Part shown: one piece after another, positions 1 through 8,372 of the stretch | How positions within the stretch are numbered: the first letter of the stretch is position 1 | Layout of the letters: the number at the start of each line of letters is the position of its first letter | Virus record (IMG/VR): IMGVR_UViG_2534682094_000013 | From: a virus | Taxonomy: Duplodnaviria > Heunggongvirae > Uroviricota > Caudoviricetes | DNA length: 14,710 nucleotides | Strand: one strand, 5' to 3' | Made by a program: the position numbers and the translations under genes | The notes under the pieces: generated by a model | The model's database searches: none | What the model was told of the DNA's origin: nothing | The model's input: only the letters and a program-made list of their open reading frames with translations

Positions 1-2
1 GG

Positions 3-410
3 CATGTGAAAAATGAACGCGTTAACCGTTCAGCAAGCTGGCAGTATATCGGTGCAGGTGATGATCGCATCGTTCTTTCTGGTGTGCTTTATCCTGAAAT
101 TACTGGCGGCGAAGTGTCGCTGTCGCTGCTGACCACGCAGGCGTATACCGGACGCCCCTGGCCTCTGATTGATGGCGTCGGGCAGATTTACGGCATGTAT
201 GTCCTGACCGAAACGAGTACGACCCGCTCTGAGTTTGATCGCTACGGTAAGGCGAAAAAGATAGAATTTTCACTAACCCTTGAACGCTGTGATGAGGATT
301 TGCGGGAACGCCTGCAATCCTCATCATTCAGCGATATGCTGTCCGGCTTCAAAGATAAGGTGACATCATCTCTTAACAGCGCGGCCAGTTCAGTTAAAGG
401 GCTGTTCTGA
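3..410 (+). CDS. gpU-like phage tail protein, 5'-partial (frame open to window start)
   Basis: ORF 6..410 translation has P2 gpU-family motifs (VLYPEITGG...GRPWPLIDGVGQIYGMYVL...EFSLTLERCDE). The frame is open from position 3, so the N-terminus lies outside the window. Family assignment is from memory. Confidence 0.6.
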   Translation, partial: HVKNERVNRSASWQYIGAGDDRIVLSGVLYPEITGGEVSLSLLTTQAYTGRPWPLIDGVGQIYGMYVLTETSTTRSEFDRYGKAKKIEFSLTLERCDEDLRERLQSSSFSDMLSGFKDKVTSSLNSAASSVKGLF

Positions 411-419
411 TTAACGCAA

Positions 420-445
420 AACCGCTAATGGTCAGATTAGCGGTT
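420..445. terminator. Hairpin between convergent gpU-like gene and G; possible bidirectional terminator
   Basis: Perfect 10-bp inverted repeat AACCGCTAAT (420-429) / ATTAGCGGTT (436-445) with 6-nt loop. Followed by CTTTCT on the + strand and by TTTTGCGTT on the - strand. Confidence 0.5.
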
Positions 446-531
446 CTTTCTGAAAGTGTTTCTCTGGAGCTGATAAAAACGTATTCCTCCTGAGAAGATT
501 AAAATTTCTTATCAGGGAGCAGGAGAATAGC

Positions 532-942
532 CTACGCCTCCGGCAGTTCAGGCCAGATGACATCCGGTGCGGTGCTGGTATCTGTTGCCGTCACCGCGTC
601 GATATAATCCAGCACAACGTTAAGTCGGGTAGTTTCTTCTTGCGTCAGTTTGCGCCCGGCCTGCAGCTTTAACTGAATCACGCTGATATTGACCATTGCT
701 GCGTCTATCAGCGACTGTTTTTTCTGTTCAGCGTCAGCTACCAGTTCATCATGAGAACGTTCCGGAGTGGGCGGCGCAGTAAATCCCCCGTCTGAATACG
801 CCCAGCCGATTCCGGGCTGCTCACTGATATCAGAAATATTAATGAGCTGTAGATTATCCGGCACAGTGAATTCAGCCTCGCCATCCCAGGCAATTACATT
901 CACAACCATCCCATTTTCAATAACTGCATATGACGCATTCAT
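532..942 (-). CDS. Tail fibre assembly protein (gpG/Tfa-like)
   Basis: Track ORF 532..966. Start is taken at the ATG at 942..940, which overlaps the TAA stop of H (TAATG). Translation MNASYAVIENGMVVNVIAWDG... resembles phage tail fibre assembly proteins and sits immediately downstream of the fibre gene. Confidence 0.8.
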   Translation of the reverse strand: MNASYAVIENGMVVNVIAWDGEAEFTVPDNLQLINISDISEQPGIGWAYSDGGFTAPPTPERSHDELVADAEQKKQSLIDAAMVNISVIQLKLQAGRKLTQEETTRLNVVLDYIDAVTATDTSTAPDVIWPELPEA

Positions 943-2843
943 TATGCAAACTCCTCGATAATACAAATCCCTGCAGCGCCTTTCCCGCCCGTCATACTGG
1001 CTCCGCTATAACCAGCATCGTATGCACCACCACCGCCTGAACCATATGCCTTACCGCTAACACCACCGCCAGCGCCTGCGCGTCCACCGCCGCCCCAGTG
1101 CGATGTTCCGCCTTCACCGCTGACGCTGATATTCCCGGACTGACCGTCGCCTCCATTTCCACCAGTGATGTTGATACCGCCAGTACTTGGCACACCGCCG
1201 TTACCACCGTTCGTGTTTGTGACTCCTACTTTCCCGCCGCCTTCACCGCCAGGGGCTATTACCGTTCCGAACGAGCTATCACCGCCCTTGAGGCCGTTCG
1301 TCGCACCAACACCGCCGCCCCCACCTGCGCCGATAGTGACAGGATAACTATCCTTCGTCAGGATCAGCGTGACAATTGCTGTTCCCCCAGCCCCACCGCC
1401 AGCACCGAAAAACGTTTCGTTATTGGATGTAGCCTGGCAGCCGCCCCCACCGCCACCGCCGCCCGTTATTGTGACCCTGATTCGTTTTGTTCCTGGCGTC
1501 GGGGTGTACGTACCTGATGACGTGAAAATTCGAGTGTTTACAAGGCGTCCAACATATCCGTTTGAATCGCTCAGGCCAAGGTCAGCAGTGGTAGGTTTAA
1601 TATGTGAACTGTAAATTACATAGACCGCTCCATCTGTCAGGCCTGTCGGTTTATTCGCTGTATAAGTTGGTGATGTATGAATCGTTACGCTGGCGTTACT
1701 GGTATAATCCCACTGGATATTTACACCCGTGGCGTAACCACCTATTTCAACATAAACATCATAGGTATCACCGGATGTATTCACCCATGCAAAATTAGTA
1801 AATCCAACCGATGTCCGTCGCCATAACGCACCAGTAAGACCTTTTGGATTCCCATTTCCCGCACGAAGAACAAGTTCAGATATACCAGCCTGCATAGGGG
1901 AGTTAACATTATATCCAGAACCACCAATCAGGCTTATGTAAACTACGGAACTTGCCTGTGGCATGGTTACAGTTGCCAGCTTGAACCATCCTGCACCACC
2001 AATAAAAGACATGGTTGTTGAATTTGTTGCACCAATATTGCGCAGGAATAATCTTTTATCAGGAATATCCGCACCGTTCTGATCTTTCTGAAGACGTTTC
2101 TCAGCATTGTCATAGGCAGACTTCACCGCTTTCGGTGTTGCGGCCAGCGTTTCAGAAGTGCTATTGGTGGCGCTACTGAGCTGGACAAGACCTTTTCGCG
2201 CTGTGGTCGCGTCCTGTGCGGTATATTTCCCGTTAGCAAGGTCATATGCTGTCTTTACCGCCTTTGGCGTTGCCGCAAGCGTTTCAGAATCGCTGTTGGT
2301 TGCGCTGCTTAACTGAGTAAAACCTTTTGCGGTCAGCGATGCATCCGGGTGTCGTCGTGACTGTTCGTGTTCTGAGATTTTGTCATCCACATATTTACGG
2401 GTCGCCAGTACCACCGACGGGTCGATTTTCAGCGTGATGGCTTCGGTATTCGAGACAGCCAGAATCATGCGGATAGTCTGGGTACGACCACTGCCTTCCT
2501 GCAACTGCGGTTTGTACGTTTCCGGGCAATTCGCCACCGCAATGAGTACGCCTTCATCATCATAAAGCCCAATCTCACGGATCCAGAATCCTCCCTCGTT
2601 TTCAGGGATAATTTGTTCCGCAATAATCTGGCTCTGATTGTTAGGGTCAACACTCAGAAGATTCAGCGGTGCAATGCGTTTCTGGTTAATCAGTTTTGTT
2701 TGTGCAGGGTCTGGTGTTGGTAACACACCATTTGCATCACCAACGGCCATTTGCGTCAGATTCAGCTTACTGCCGAGCATCGTCGCGTTAGCCAGTCGTG
2801 CCGCGCCCTGATTAGTCAGAATGGCGTAGTATTTCACTGTCAT
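942..2843 (-). CDS. Tail fibre protein gpH (P2-type N-terminal domain, glycine-rich C-terminal domain)
   Basis: 633-aa intact ORF. The N-terminal third matches P2 gpH as I recall it (GGFWIREIGLYDDEGVLIAVAN, EHEQSRRHPDASLTAKGFTQLSSATNSTSETLAATPKAVK). The C-terminal roughly 200 aa are Gly-rich, including an octa-glycine run. The ATG at 2843 overlaps the stop of I. Confidence 0.9.
   Translation of the reverse strand: MTVKYYAILTNQGAARLANATMLGSKLNLTQMAVGDANGVLPTPDPAQTKLINQKRIAPLNLLSVDPNNQSQIIAEQIIPENEGGFWIREIGLYDDEGVLIAVANCPETYKPQLQEGSGRTQTIRMILAVSNTEAITLKIDPSVVLATRKYVDDKISEHEQSRRHPDASLTAKGFTQLSSATNSDSETLAATPKAVKTAYDLANGKYTAQDATTARKGLVQLSSATNSTSETLAATPKAVKSAYDNAEKRLQKDQNGADIPDKRLFLRNIGATNSTTMSFIGGAGWFKLATVTMPQASSVVYISLIGGSGYNVNSPMQAGISELVLRAGNGNPKGLTGALWRRTSVGFTNFAWVNTSGDTYDVYVEIGGYATGVNIQWDYTSNASVTIHTSPTYTANKPTGLTDGAVYVIYSSHIKPTTADLGLSDSNGYVGRLVNTRIFTSSGTYTPTPGTKRIRVTITGGGGGGGGCQATSNNETFFGAGGGAGGTAIVTLILTKDSYPVTIGAGGGGGVGATNGLKGGDSSFGTVIAPGGEGGGKVGVTNTNGGNGGVPSTGGINITGGNGGDGQSGNISVSGEGGTSHWGGGGRAGAGGGVSGKAYGSGGGGAYDAGYSGASMTGGKGAAGICIIEEFA
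2109..2318 (-). repeat. Tandem 44-codon repeat inside H (two copies of the ...QLSSATNS(D/T)SETLAATPKAVK(T/S)AYD... motif)
   Basis: Protein residues 176-201 and 220-245 are near-identical, and the underlying DNA copies (2241..2318 and 2109..2186) are clearly related. Confidence 0.6.
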
Positions 2844-3403
2844 GCGTTTACTCTCAGATTATCAATTAAATGAATGACCGGGGCAGGGAAATAATCCCCT
2901 TCGACAATAATGGACTCCGGGGTGTAGGGATAAACCGTCAGGGCATCGCCGTGATAGCATCCCGTACCAACGAAAATATTTCCGTTCACACTCAGGCTGA
3001 TCGCCAGCCCTGTCAGATGGCGACTTACTGGTTTTGCATCCGCAATAAGGCGCTCAAGTTCCTGATACATTTCATCTGTGATGCCCTGATCAAGTACTCC
3101 GACAACAATGCGAAATGTTCCCGGCTCCTCGTTGAGTTGCCACCACTCCTTTACTTCAATCAGGTAGCCGAGAGGCTCCACGGCTCTTCGCAGTGCGCTG
3201 ATGGTCCCTTTGTGTCGGTGTATCAGCCATGCATCACGAATAACCTGTCGCTTTGTCTCTTCCGGCCAGTTGCGATCCCAGCGGTCAACGGAAAAGCCCA
3301 GGCGAGATAAGGCAGCAGATGCACCGGGCAGGTGTCCGGCGACCACAGCGTGTTGAGGTCTACCGGAATGTCTGTAATGCGTGTTCCGACGGCTTCGGCA
3401 CAA
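2840..3403 (-). CDS. Baseplate assembly protein gpI (largest frame; true N-terminus in another frame starting near 3447)
   Basis: Translation SVDRWDRNWPEETKRQVIRDAWLIHRHKGTISALRRAVEPLGYLI... matches P2 gpI. The gpI N-terminus (MSNSLLPP...NTLWSPDTCPVHLLPYLAWAF) is in the 3223..3480 ORF frame, so a 1-nt frameshift lies near 3290-3310. Confidence 0.75.
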   Translation of the reverse strand: MCRSRRNTHYRHSGRPQHAVVAGHLPGASAALSRLGFSVDRWDRNWPEETKRQVIRDAWLIHRHKGTISALRRAVEPLGYLIEVKEWWQLNEEPGTFRIVVGVLDQGITDEMYQELERLIADAKPVSRHLTGLAISLSVNGNIFVGTGCYHGDALTVYPYTPESIIVEGDYFPAPVIHLIDNLRVNA

Positions 3404-3439
3404 CGCATGAAATTGCTGGCTGATGGTGGTAACAACGAA

Positions 3440-4331
3440 TTACTCATTGCGTCCACCTTCGCTGATGGTGAATGACTCACAGCGCGCCGCCTGTATGTCG
3501 CTGATGGCCATATTCTGTGTGGGTTCGATTATCTCCACGCGTTGCACACCGTGCACATGCAGTGCGGCAGCAATGGCGGACAACGCCACGTCCTGACCGA
3601 TAAGTCCCTGCTCAGCCAGCCACTTCCTGAACGACGATTCCGCCGCAGCCAGAATAGGTTCGGATTCCGGGCCGGGGTAAAAGTACAGTTTTGCATTCAG
3701 CCGCCATGTCACGATTCTGGCGCTCTGTACGGTCAGGCGGTCGGCCACCGGGCGGGTATCCTCTGCATTCAGAACGGCGCGAACGGTATTAAGCAACGCC
3801 TCCGTTGCTGTGCCGTCGCCCTCAGTGGACAGGATGGAAACCGTCACATTTGCCGGAGACGGGCTGATAGCCCGCGCATCACGCACCAGACCGCTGGCGC
3901 TGCGGGCAAAATACTCGTATGCACCTGACGGGCCAGCAACACTCAGGCCGTCGTACGCCCGTGCGCCCGCAGTCTCAGCGAGGTGTCGCTTCCATCACCG
4001 CGTCGGTGGTATCCGTTGCCGGAGTGATAACCAGGCGCTTTGTGTTCATATTGCCTGCGAGGTTGTCCAGGTCTGTCCCGGCGCTGTGGCTTAACATCAG
4101 GCGCGTGCCCCTCATTACCCGCTGGCGTAACAGCATTTCACGAAACGACATGGTTTGAGCGATAACGTTAAGGGGTTCCGATTCCAGCTCCAGCGCGGCG
4201 GAAACGGCTTCACGCTGTTCGGCGGGATAGGACGCAATCATCATGGCTTTTGTGTCAGCCAGAATTGCTTCAAAGTCAGGCTCCGCGATGATGGCGGGTT
4301 CCGGTAACTGGGAAAGGTCAACGGCGGGCAT
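3440..4331 (-). pseudogene. Baseplate assembly protein gpJ, split by at least two frameshifts
   Basis: N-terminal fragment 3975..4331 (MPAVDLSQLPEPAIIAEPDFEAILAD...) and C-terminal fragment 3440..3886 (...RPVADRLTVQSARIVTWRLNAKLYFYPGPESEPI...) both match P2 gpJ. The middle lies in a third frame, and the 892-nt span is not a multiple of 3. Confidence 0.8.
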
Positions 4332-4399
4332 GATTTACTCCCTCAGCGTGATGGTTAACTCAACATTCTGCATGGTCTGCATGACAGTGCCCGACAGTG

Positions 4400-4684
4400 T
4401 CACCCCGGCGGGCCTCCCGCTTTCCAGACAACGTCGATGGCATCCAGGGCAATGCGGGGTTCCCATCGTGTCAGCGCAATCACGGCAGCACTCATGCATT
4501 GCAGACGCGTGGTGTTATTCATGGGTTCGTCAATCAAATCAGGCACAAGGCTGCCATATTCCCGTCGCATAACCCGGCTGGCCAGCGGGGTGGTCAGGAT
4601 GTCCCTGACTGACTGTTTCAGGTGCTCCATATCATTCAGGTTTCCCGTTCCGTCCGGGTTCATTCCTGTGTAGCGGGTTGTCAC
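4400..4684 (-). CDS. Baseplate protein gpW (gp25-like); C-terminus truncated by a frameshift, true stop at 4335..4337
   Basis: MTTRYTGMNPDG...SVRDILTTPLASRVMRREYGSLVPDLID matches gpW. The ORF ends at the C4 run 4403..4406; adding one C restores ...GVTLSGTVMQTMQNVELTITLRE ending 6 nt before the J start. Confidence 0.75.
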   Translation of the reverse strand: MTTRYTGMNPDGTGNLNDMEHLKQSVRDILTTPLASRVMRREYGSLVPDLIDEPMNNTTRLQCMSAAVIALTRWEPRIALDAIDVVWKAGGPPG

Positions 4685-5277
4685 TGCGGGCCTCCTGTCG
4701 AATCGCTGCCACCTTTAACACCACCGTGTTTATGCGTATGCACTGTGATGCCGTTTGAGGTGAAATCGCCGCCGCTGTGCGTGATATTGCCGCTCATCTT
4801 TCCTCCTTTTGTGACGTCAAGCGTCGCTGTTCTCAGAAGGTTTGTGCATTCCACGACGGGCGTGTCCAGTGTCACGCTGACGGATGCCTGTAAAGTGGCC
4901 GTTTTCATGCCGCTGGCGCTCAGTGCGCCTGCGTCCGCGTCGTAGCGGAACACCGCGCCATCCGGCGCGCTGATCACGATTTCTTTCAGGCTTTTGCCGG
5001 GGGCCGGACTGGCATCACTCCACAGGCTGCCAATTATCATGGCGGTTTCCGGGTTGCCGCCAATGCAGGCAATTACCACCTGTTCGCCTGGTGATGGCGG
5101 CAGCCACACATTGAAGGCTCCCGCGCGCGTGGTGTTCCAGCGCAACCAGCCTGTTTCCAGTTCGCCGCTGCGAACGCGCACGCACCAGGATTCCTCATCA
5201 ACTTCAGAGATGATCCCGGTCGGATGATGTTGCTCAGCAGTCGCATGAGTTCTGCGCTCACCGTACAGCCTCCGCAA
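4681..5277 (-). CDS. Baseplate spike gpV; N-terminus appears frameshifted (probable true start GTG at 5261)
   Basis: C-terminal 170 aa match gpV (...GNITHSGGDFTSNGITVHTHKHGG). The gpV-like N-terminus (MSAELMRLLSNII...) is in the 5073..5261 frame and joins the main frame near 5215. Confidence 0.75.
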   Translation of the reverse strand: MRRLYGERRTHATAEQHHPTGIISEVDEESWCVRVRSGELETGWLRWNTTRAGAFNVWLPPSPGEQVVIACIGGNPETAMIIGSLWSDASPAPGKSLKEIVISAPDGAVFRYDADAGALSASGMKTATLQASVSVTLDTPVVECTNLLRTATLDVTKGGKMSGNITHSGGDFTSNGITVHTHKHGGVKGGSDSTGGPQ

Positions 5278-5887
5278 TCCGGCCCAGCACCGTGTTATAA
5301 ATCAGGCGCTCATCTGCCTGGCTGATACCCAACAGCTCACGTACCGGGTAATCGGTGAAAATGCCCGGCGCAACCTGATCGCGCTCACCGAACTGATGAA
5401 CGCGGCAATACGTGCGGCCACGCCGCTGTAACCCACCGTCACACCGGAAGCATCTGCACGGGCTTTCAGGTAGCGGGCGGTGCGCAGTTTTACGAACATG
5501 GGGACGCGCTTTGTGCTGTCCTGGTTGATGCGCCGGGTGCGTATTTCCAGAAAACGGTCGATGTCATCCCGGTAAAACGTGCGGATATTGTTTTTATCCT
5601 CATCCCACCCGGTAATGGTTCGCCCGTATTTCCCCGTGTCGTGATGCCAGTTTTTCAGCGTGCGTGCTTCGTTATTCCAGATAAAGCGAATGCGTCCTGT
5701 ATCCGGGTTACGCGGCGTCTGCGTGGTGTCCAGCGTCCCGTCCGGCGCTTTCTGTGACCGGATACGGCCTGCTGGGCGCGGCGTAAATCCTGTGCCAGCT
5801 TTCTGGCGATGTTATTGATGGCCTGCTGATTCAGGCTGTCGCGGATGCCTCAAAGGTTTCATCCACGCGGGTGAATGCCTTATCCAT
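5258..5887 (-). pseudogene. Tail completion / virion morphogenesis protein gpS-like, multiple frameshifts
   Basis: ATG at 5887 overlaps the R stop (ATGGATAA). By hand translation, gpS-like segments (MDKAFTRVDETF / ...IRDSLNQQAINNIARKLAQDLRRAQQ / ...MFVKLRTARYLKARADASGVTVGYSG... / ...LIYNTVLGRIAEAVR*) lie in different frames. No intact ORF covers the span. Confidence 0.65.
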
Positions 5888-6342
5888 CGCTTTCACCCCA
5901 CGTCACATCCTGGAATACATGCGACCAGTCGCCTTCGGAAGAGGCAGGCGGGGTTTTGGCTCGGCAGGTGTTCTGCCTGCGGTGTGCCCTGACTGCTGCG
6001 CTGATGCGAACGCGTTCCCGCAGGGGGAGCGTAAACAGGAGATCGGCGCTGTCATCGTCATTGATAACGGCGGAGAATTTGATGTCCTGATTACGCTCGG
6101 TTGAGCAACAACTGTGGCTGATTTTCGGATAACCACGCCAGCAGCGGCAGCGTGAGGTCGTCCAGCTCCCCGGCGTAATCCATGACAAACATCACCATCT
6201 GATAGCGGTAAACAAACGAGGGCGTTTCTCCGGTCGTTTCAATGTTGCCGCTCTCCACGAAAATGGTGAATTTTTCCGGGTTAGCCTGACACCATCGGCA
6301 TGAACGGGTCATGGCTTCACGCAGGGAATCAGTTTTCAGCAT
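5880..6342 (-). pseudogene. Tail completion protein gpR, one frameshift
   Basis: N-terminal fragment 6091..6342 (MLKTDSLREAMTRS...LPLLAWLSENQPQLLL) matches gpR. It continues in the 5880..6188 frame (ERNQDIKFSAVINDDDSADLLFTLPLRE...) after a 1-nt deletion near 6105-6112. Confidence 0.75.
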
Positions 6343-6619
6343 GGTTGTTGTCCTCGTTGTTCAGTCGTTGCAGCCTGCGCTGTTCCAGTAATTCAATGGC
6401 CCGTTTATCAGCGTTACAGGTTTCCAGTGCATCCAGAAGGCGGTCGCCCCATATACCGAGATTTCCCCATGTGGGAGTGTCAGGGAAGGGGGGAGGCGTT
6501 ACCGGTATGGTCAGCGTCTGCGGTATAAGCCGGACTGACGGCGCTGGCAGTGGCGCGTTCTGCGTGCCTGCGCAACCTGTCAGTAAAACGAGCGTCAGGC
6601 AAAGCGTGGGCGCATTCAT
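6329..6619 (-). CDS. lysC: Outer-membrane spanin lipoprotein (LysC / Rz1-like)
   Basis: Start taken at the ATG at 6619. Signal peptide with lipobox (LLTGC), Pro-rich mature region. Begins embedded out of frame in lysB and extends past its end. Confidence 0.7.
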   Translation of the reverse strand: MNAPTLCLTLVLLTGCAGTQNAPLPAPSVRLIPQTLTIPVTPPPFPDTPTWGNLGIWGDRLLDALETCNADKRAIELLEQRRLQRLNNEDNNHAEN

Positions 6620-6887
6620 CTTTTGCAATATCGTTGCGTAGCTGTTCACGTCTGGCCTCTCCGTCCTGATTTCTCTGTTGATTTTCCACGCGGAGTTGCG
6701 CCAGCACCTGCTGCATATCCTGTACCCCGGTGCTGATGATATTCAGGGTGTCGACGGTACTTTTCAGGGCGCTGGCCTGCGCTTCGTTTCTGGCGTTCTC
6801 CCGGCCCAGCGACCACGACAGACGCATGGATGTTCCCCATGCGGCAATCAGAAGGAAAGCGACACCCAGCGTGGGCCAGAGCTTCAT
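6480..6887 (-). CDS. lysB: Inner-membrane spanin (LysB / Rz-like)
   Basis: Start taken at the ATG at 6887 (MKLWPTLGVAFLLIAAWG...), giving an N-terminal TMD followed by a charged, probably coiled-coil region. The track ORF extends upstream to 7031 into the endolysin gene. Confidence 0.7.
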   Translation of the reverse strand: MKLWPTLGVAFLLIAAWGTSMRLSWSLGRENARNEAQASALKSTVDTLNIISTGVQDMQQVLAQLRVENQQRNQDGEARREQLRNDIAKDECAHALPDARFTDRLRRHAERATASAVSPAYTADADHTGNASPLP

Positions 6888-7276
6888 GCCGGATAGGCTC
6901 CGTGTGGTAACTGAAAATGCGGTCCGTCTTTCAGGGTCTTCCAGTCGCCGCCCCATTCCACCGGAATATTCAGTTCCCGGCTGGCCTGTCTGAATGCTGC
7001 TGCGATTTTTTCGTACAGCGGCCATTCCCATGACACCTGGCTGCCGATATAAGCCACAACATCCACGGCATGTCCCGTAAGGTGGCGGCTGTTCATGGTC
7101 TGGCTCTTACCCGTGGCCACAAGTTGCTTCTGGCGGTAACGACTGCGCAACCCTTCGGTGATACCAAAATCCACTTCCGAAATTTCCAGTGCCCGTCGGG
7201 TCACTTTCACCAGATCAGGATTTACGCCCTGCAAATTCTTTTCGCTCCGGCTGCTGAATTTAAATGTGTTGCTCAT
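6884..7276 (-). CDS. Endolysin, peptidase M15-like (L-alanyl-D-glutamate peptidase type)
   Basis: 130-aa intact ORF with SRHLTGHAVDVV and a distal His, as in M15 endolysins. Sits between holin and spanins; start overlaps holin stop. Confidence 0.65.
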   Translation of the reverse strand: MSNTFKFSSRSEKNLQGVNPDLVKVTRRALEISEVDFGITEGLRSRYRQKQLVATGKSQTMNSRHLTGHAVDVVAYIGSQVSWEWPLYEKIAAAFRQASRELNIPVEWGGDWKTLKDGPHFQLPHGAYPA

Positions 7277-7491
7277 TCGTCCTTCTCCTTCACCCTGCGA
7301 TTAAAGGCTGCAATAACCTTGTCGCGTGCTTTCTCTGCGCCCATAAAACCGATTGATGCGCCGATAAACGTCACGGCATCTTCAGGAAAACCGAAGAAGC
7401 GCAACGACCCGGCCACGGCCATGGCAAGAACGCCGCACGCCAGCGATCCCGTTACGGTCTGAACCAGTGTTCGTCCGTCATAAAGACTCAT
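7273..7491 (-). CDS. Holin (class II-like, two TMDs)
   Basis: 72 aa with two hydrophobic segments (TVTGSLACGVLAMAVAGSL, AVTFIGASIGFMGA) and a charged C-terminus (EKARDKVIAAFNRRVKEKDE), immediately upstream of the endolysin. Confidence 0.6.
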   Translation of the reverse strand: MSLYDGRTLVQTVTGSLACGVLAMAVAGSLRFFGFPEDAVTFIGASIGFMGAEKARDKVIAAFNRRVKEKDE

Positions 7492-7595
7492 CAGCGCGGA
7501 AATGCTGACCGCCGCGCCTCTGCATACACCGTTGGCAGGTGGTCAAAGAGCCACGCAATAACCTGCTCTGTGATCCCTGTTTGAATGGTGCTCAC
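7491..7595 (-). CDS. Hypothetical 34-aa ORF between X and holin (GTG start, GGAG RBS); possible holin partner or detached holin N-terminus
   Basis: GTG at 7595 lies 6 nt downstream of GGAG. Its TGA stop overlaps the holin ATG (TGATG). Not in the supplied ORF track (under 60 aa). Confidence 0.3.
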   Translation of the reverse strand: MSTIQTGITEQVIAWLFDHLPTVYAEARRSAFPR

Positions 7596-7597
7596 TG

Positions 7598-7798
7598 CTA
7601 CTCCCCCCACAACTGAATCATTTCTCGTTTCTTCTTCTCCGGCTCCGGCATCTCCACTTCCTGCCCGGCGTCCAGAAATACCTGCTGACAGAGTCCGGGG
7701 TTGGCATCCAGCACCTTTTCGGTGACGCCCTGCGTCGTGCCGTAGTACCGGAAACAGAGCGAATCCACGGTGTCGCCTTCCAGTGCCTTCACTTTCAT
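7598..7798 (-). CDS. Tail protein X (gpX, LysM-like)
   Basis: MKVKALEGDTVDSLCFRYYGTTQGVTEKVLDANPGL matches P2 gpX. The track starts at GTG 7804; the ATG at 7798 fits the P2 N-terminus better. Confidence 0.75.
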   Translation of the reverse strand: MKVKALEGDTVDSLCFRYYGTTQGVTEKVLDANPGLCQQVFLDAGQEVEMPEPEKKKREMIQLWGE

Positions 7799-7836
7799 CA
7801 GCACAACTCCGCAAAATTCGCGGGCGGCACAGAATG

Positions 7837-8287
7837 TCAGAGATGGCCCAGCTCACATCCGCCACAAATCCGATGTCTGTATATCCAGGCGTCCGCCCGG
7901 CGGTCGCCCTTGTCCGTTGTGTCTGCATCACGATAACGCTCCAGAATCAGGGCGCGCGTGGCGGTATAAACAGCATTGCGCCAGTGCCAGAGATTGACGC
8001 TTTCTCCGTTAATTACGGGTGCCGGAACATCGGCCAGCGTCTGATGGCCAGCGCCTGCTGTTCCTGCTGCCAGCTTCCAGCTCGCGGGTAACGTGTGCCA
8101 CGCCCCGGTGGCTATGCAGCAGGCGGGAGGTGGTCACCGCCCGGCAGTCGTACCGCCAGACGCAGTCCGCAGCACAATATCCGGCCAGAATGCACCCGCT
8201 GAAATCGGGTATCCCATCATCGGTATCGGTGATGTCGTCCTCTGCGGGTCCGGGGTTGGTTCTGGCAACCATACTCATGGGGTTCAC
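7837..8287 (-). pseudogene. Head completion protein gpL-like, frameshifted
   Basis: The position between M and X, and a Cys-containing N-terminal fragment (8009..8287: ...DFSGCILAGYCAADCVWRYDC...), suggest gpL. A second frame (...LWHWRNAVYTATRALILERYRDADTTDKGD...ICGGCELGHL*) ends at 7837. The exact junction is unresolved. Confidence 0.5.
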
Positions 8288-8372
8288 TCCTGAAAAAATC
8301 GGGCGGTGGGTGCGCGGTGTAAACGGTCACGGAGTCAAACCGGAACACCGCGCACGCCGCCCGCTGACGGGG

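Noticed and set aside
1098-1614. Three + strand ORFs (139, 60 and 81 aa) with Pro/Thr/Ala-rich translations
   Set aside because: They lie antisense to the Gly-rich part of tail fibre H. GGN codon runs on one strand give open NCC frames on the other; no start context or homology.
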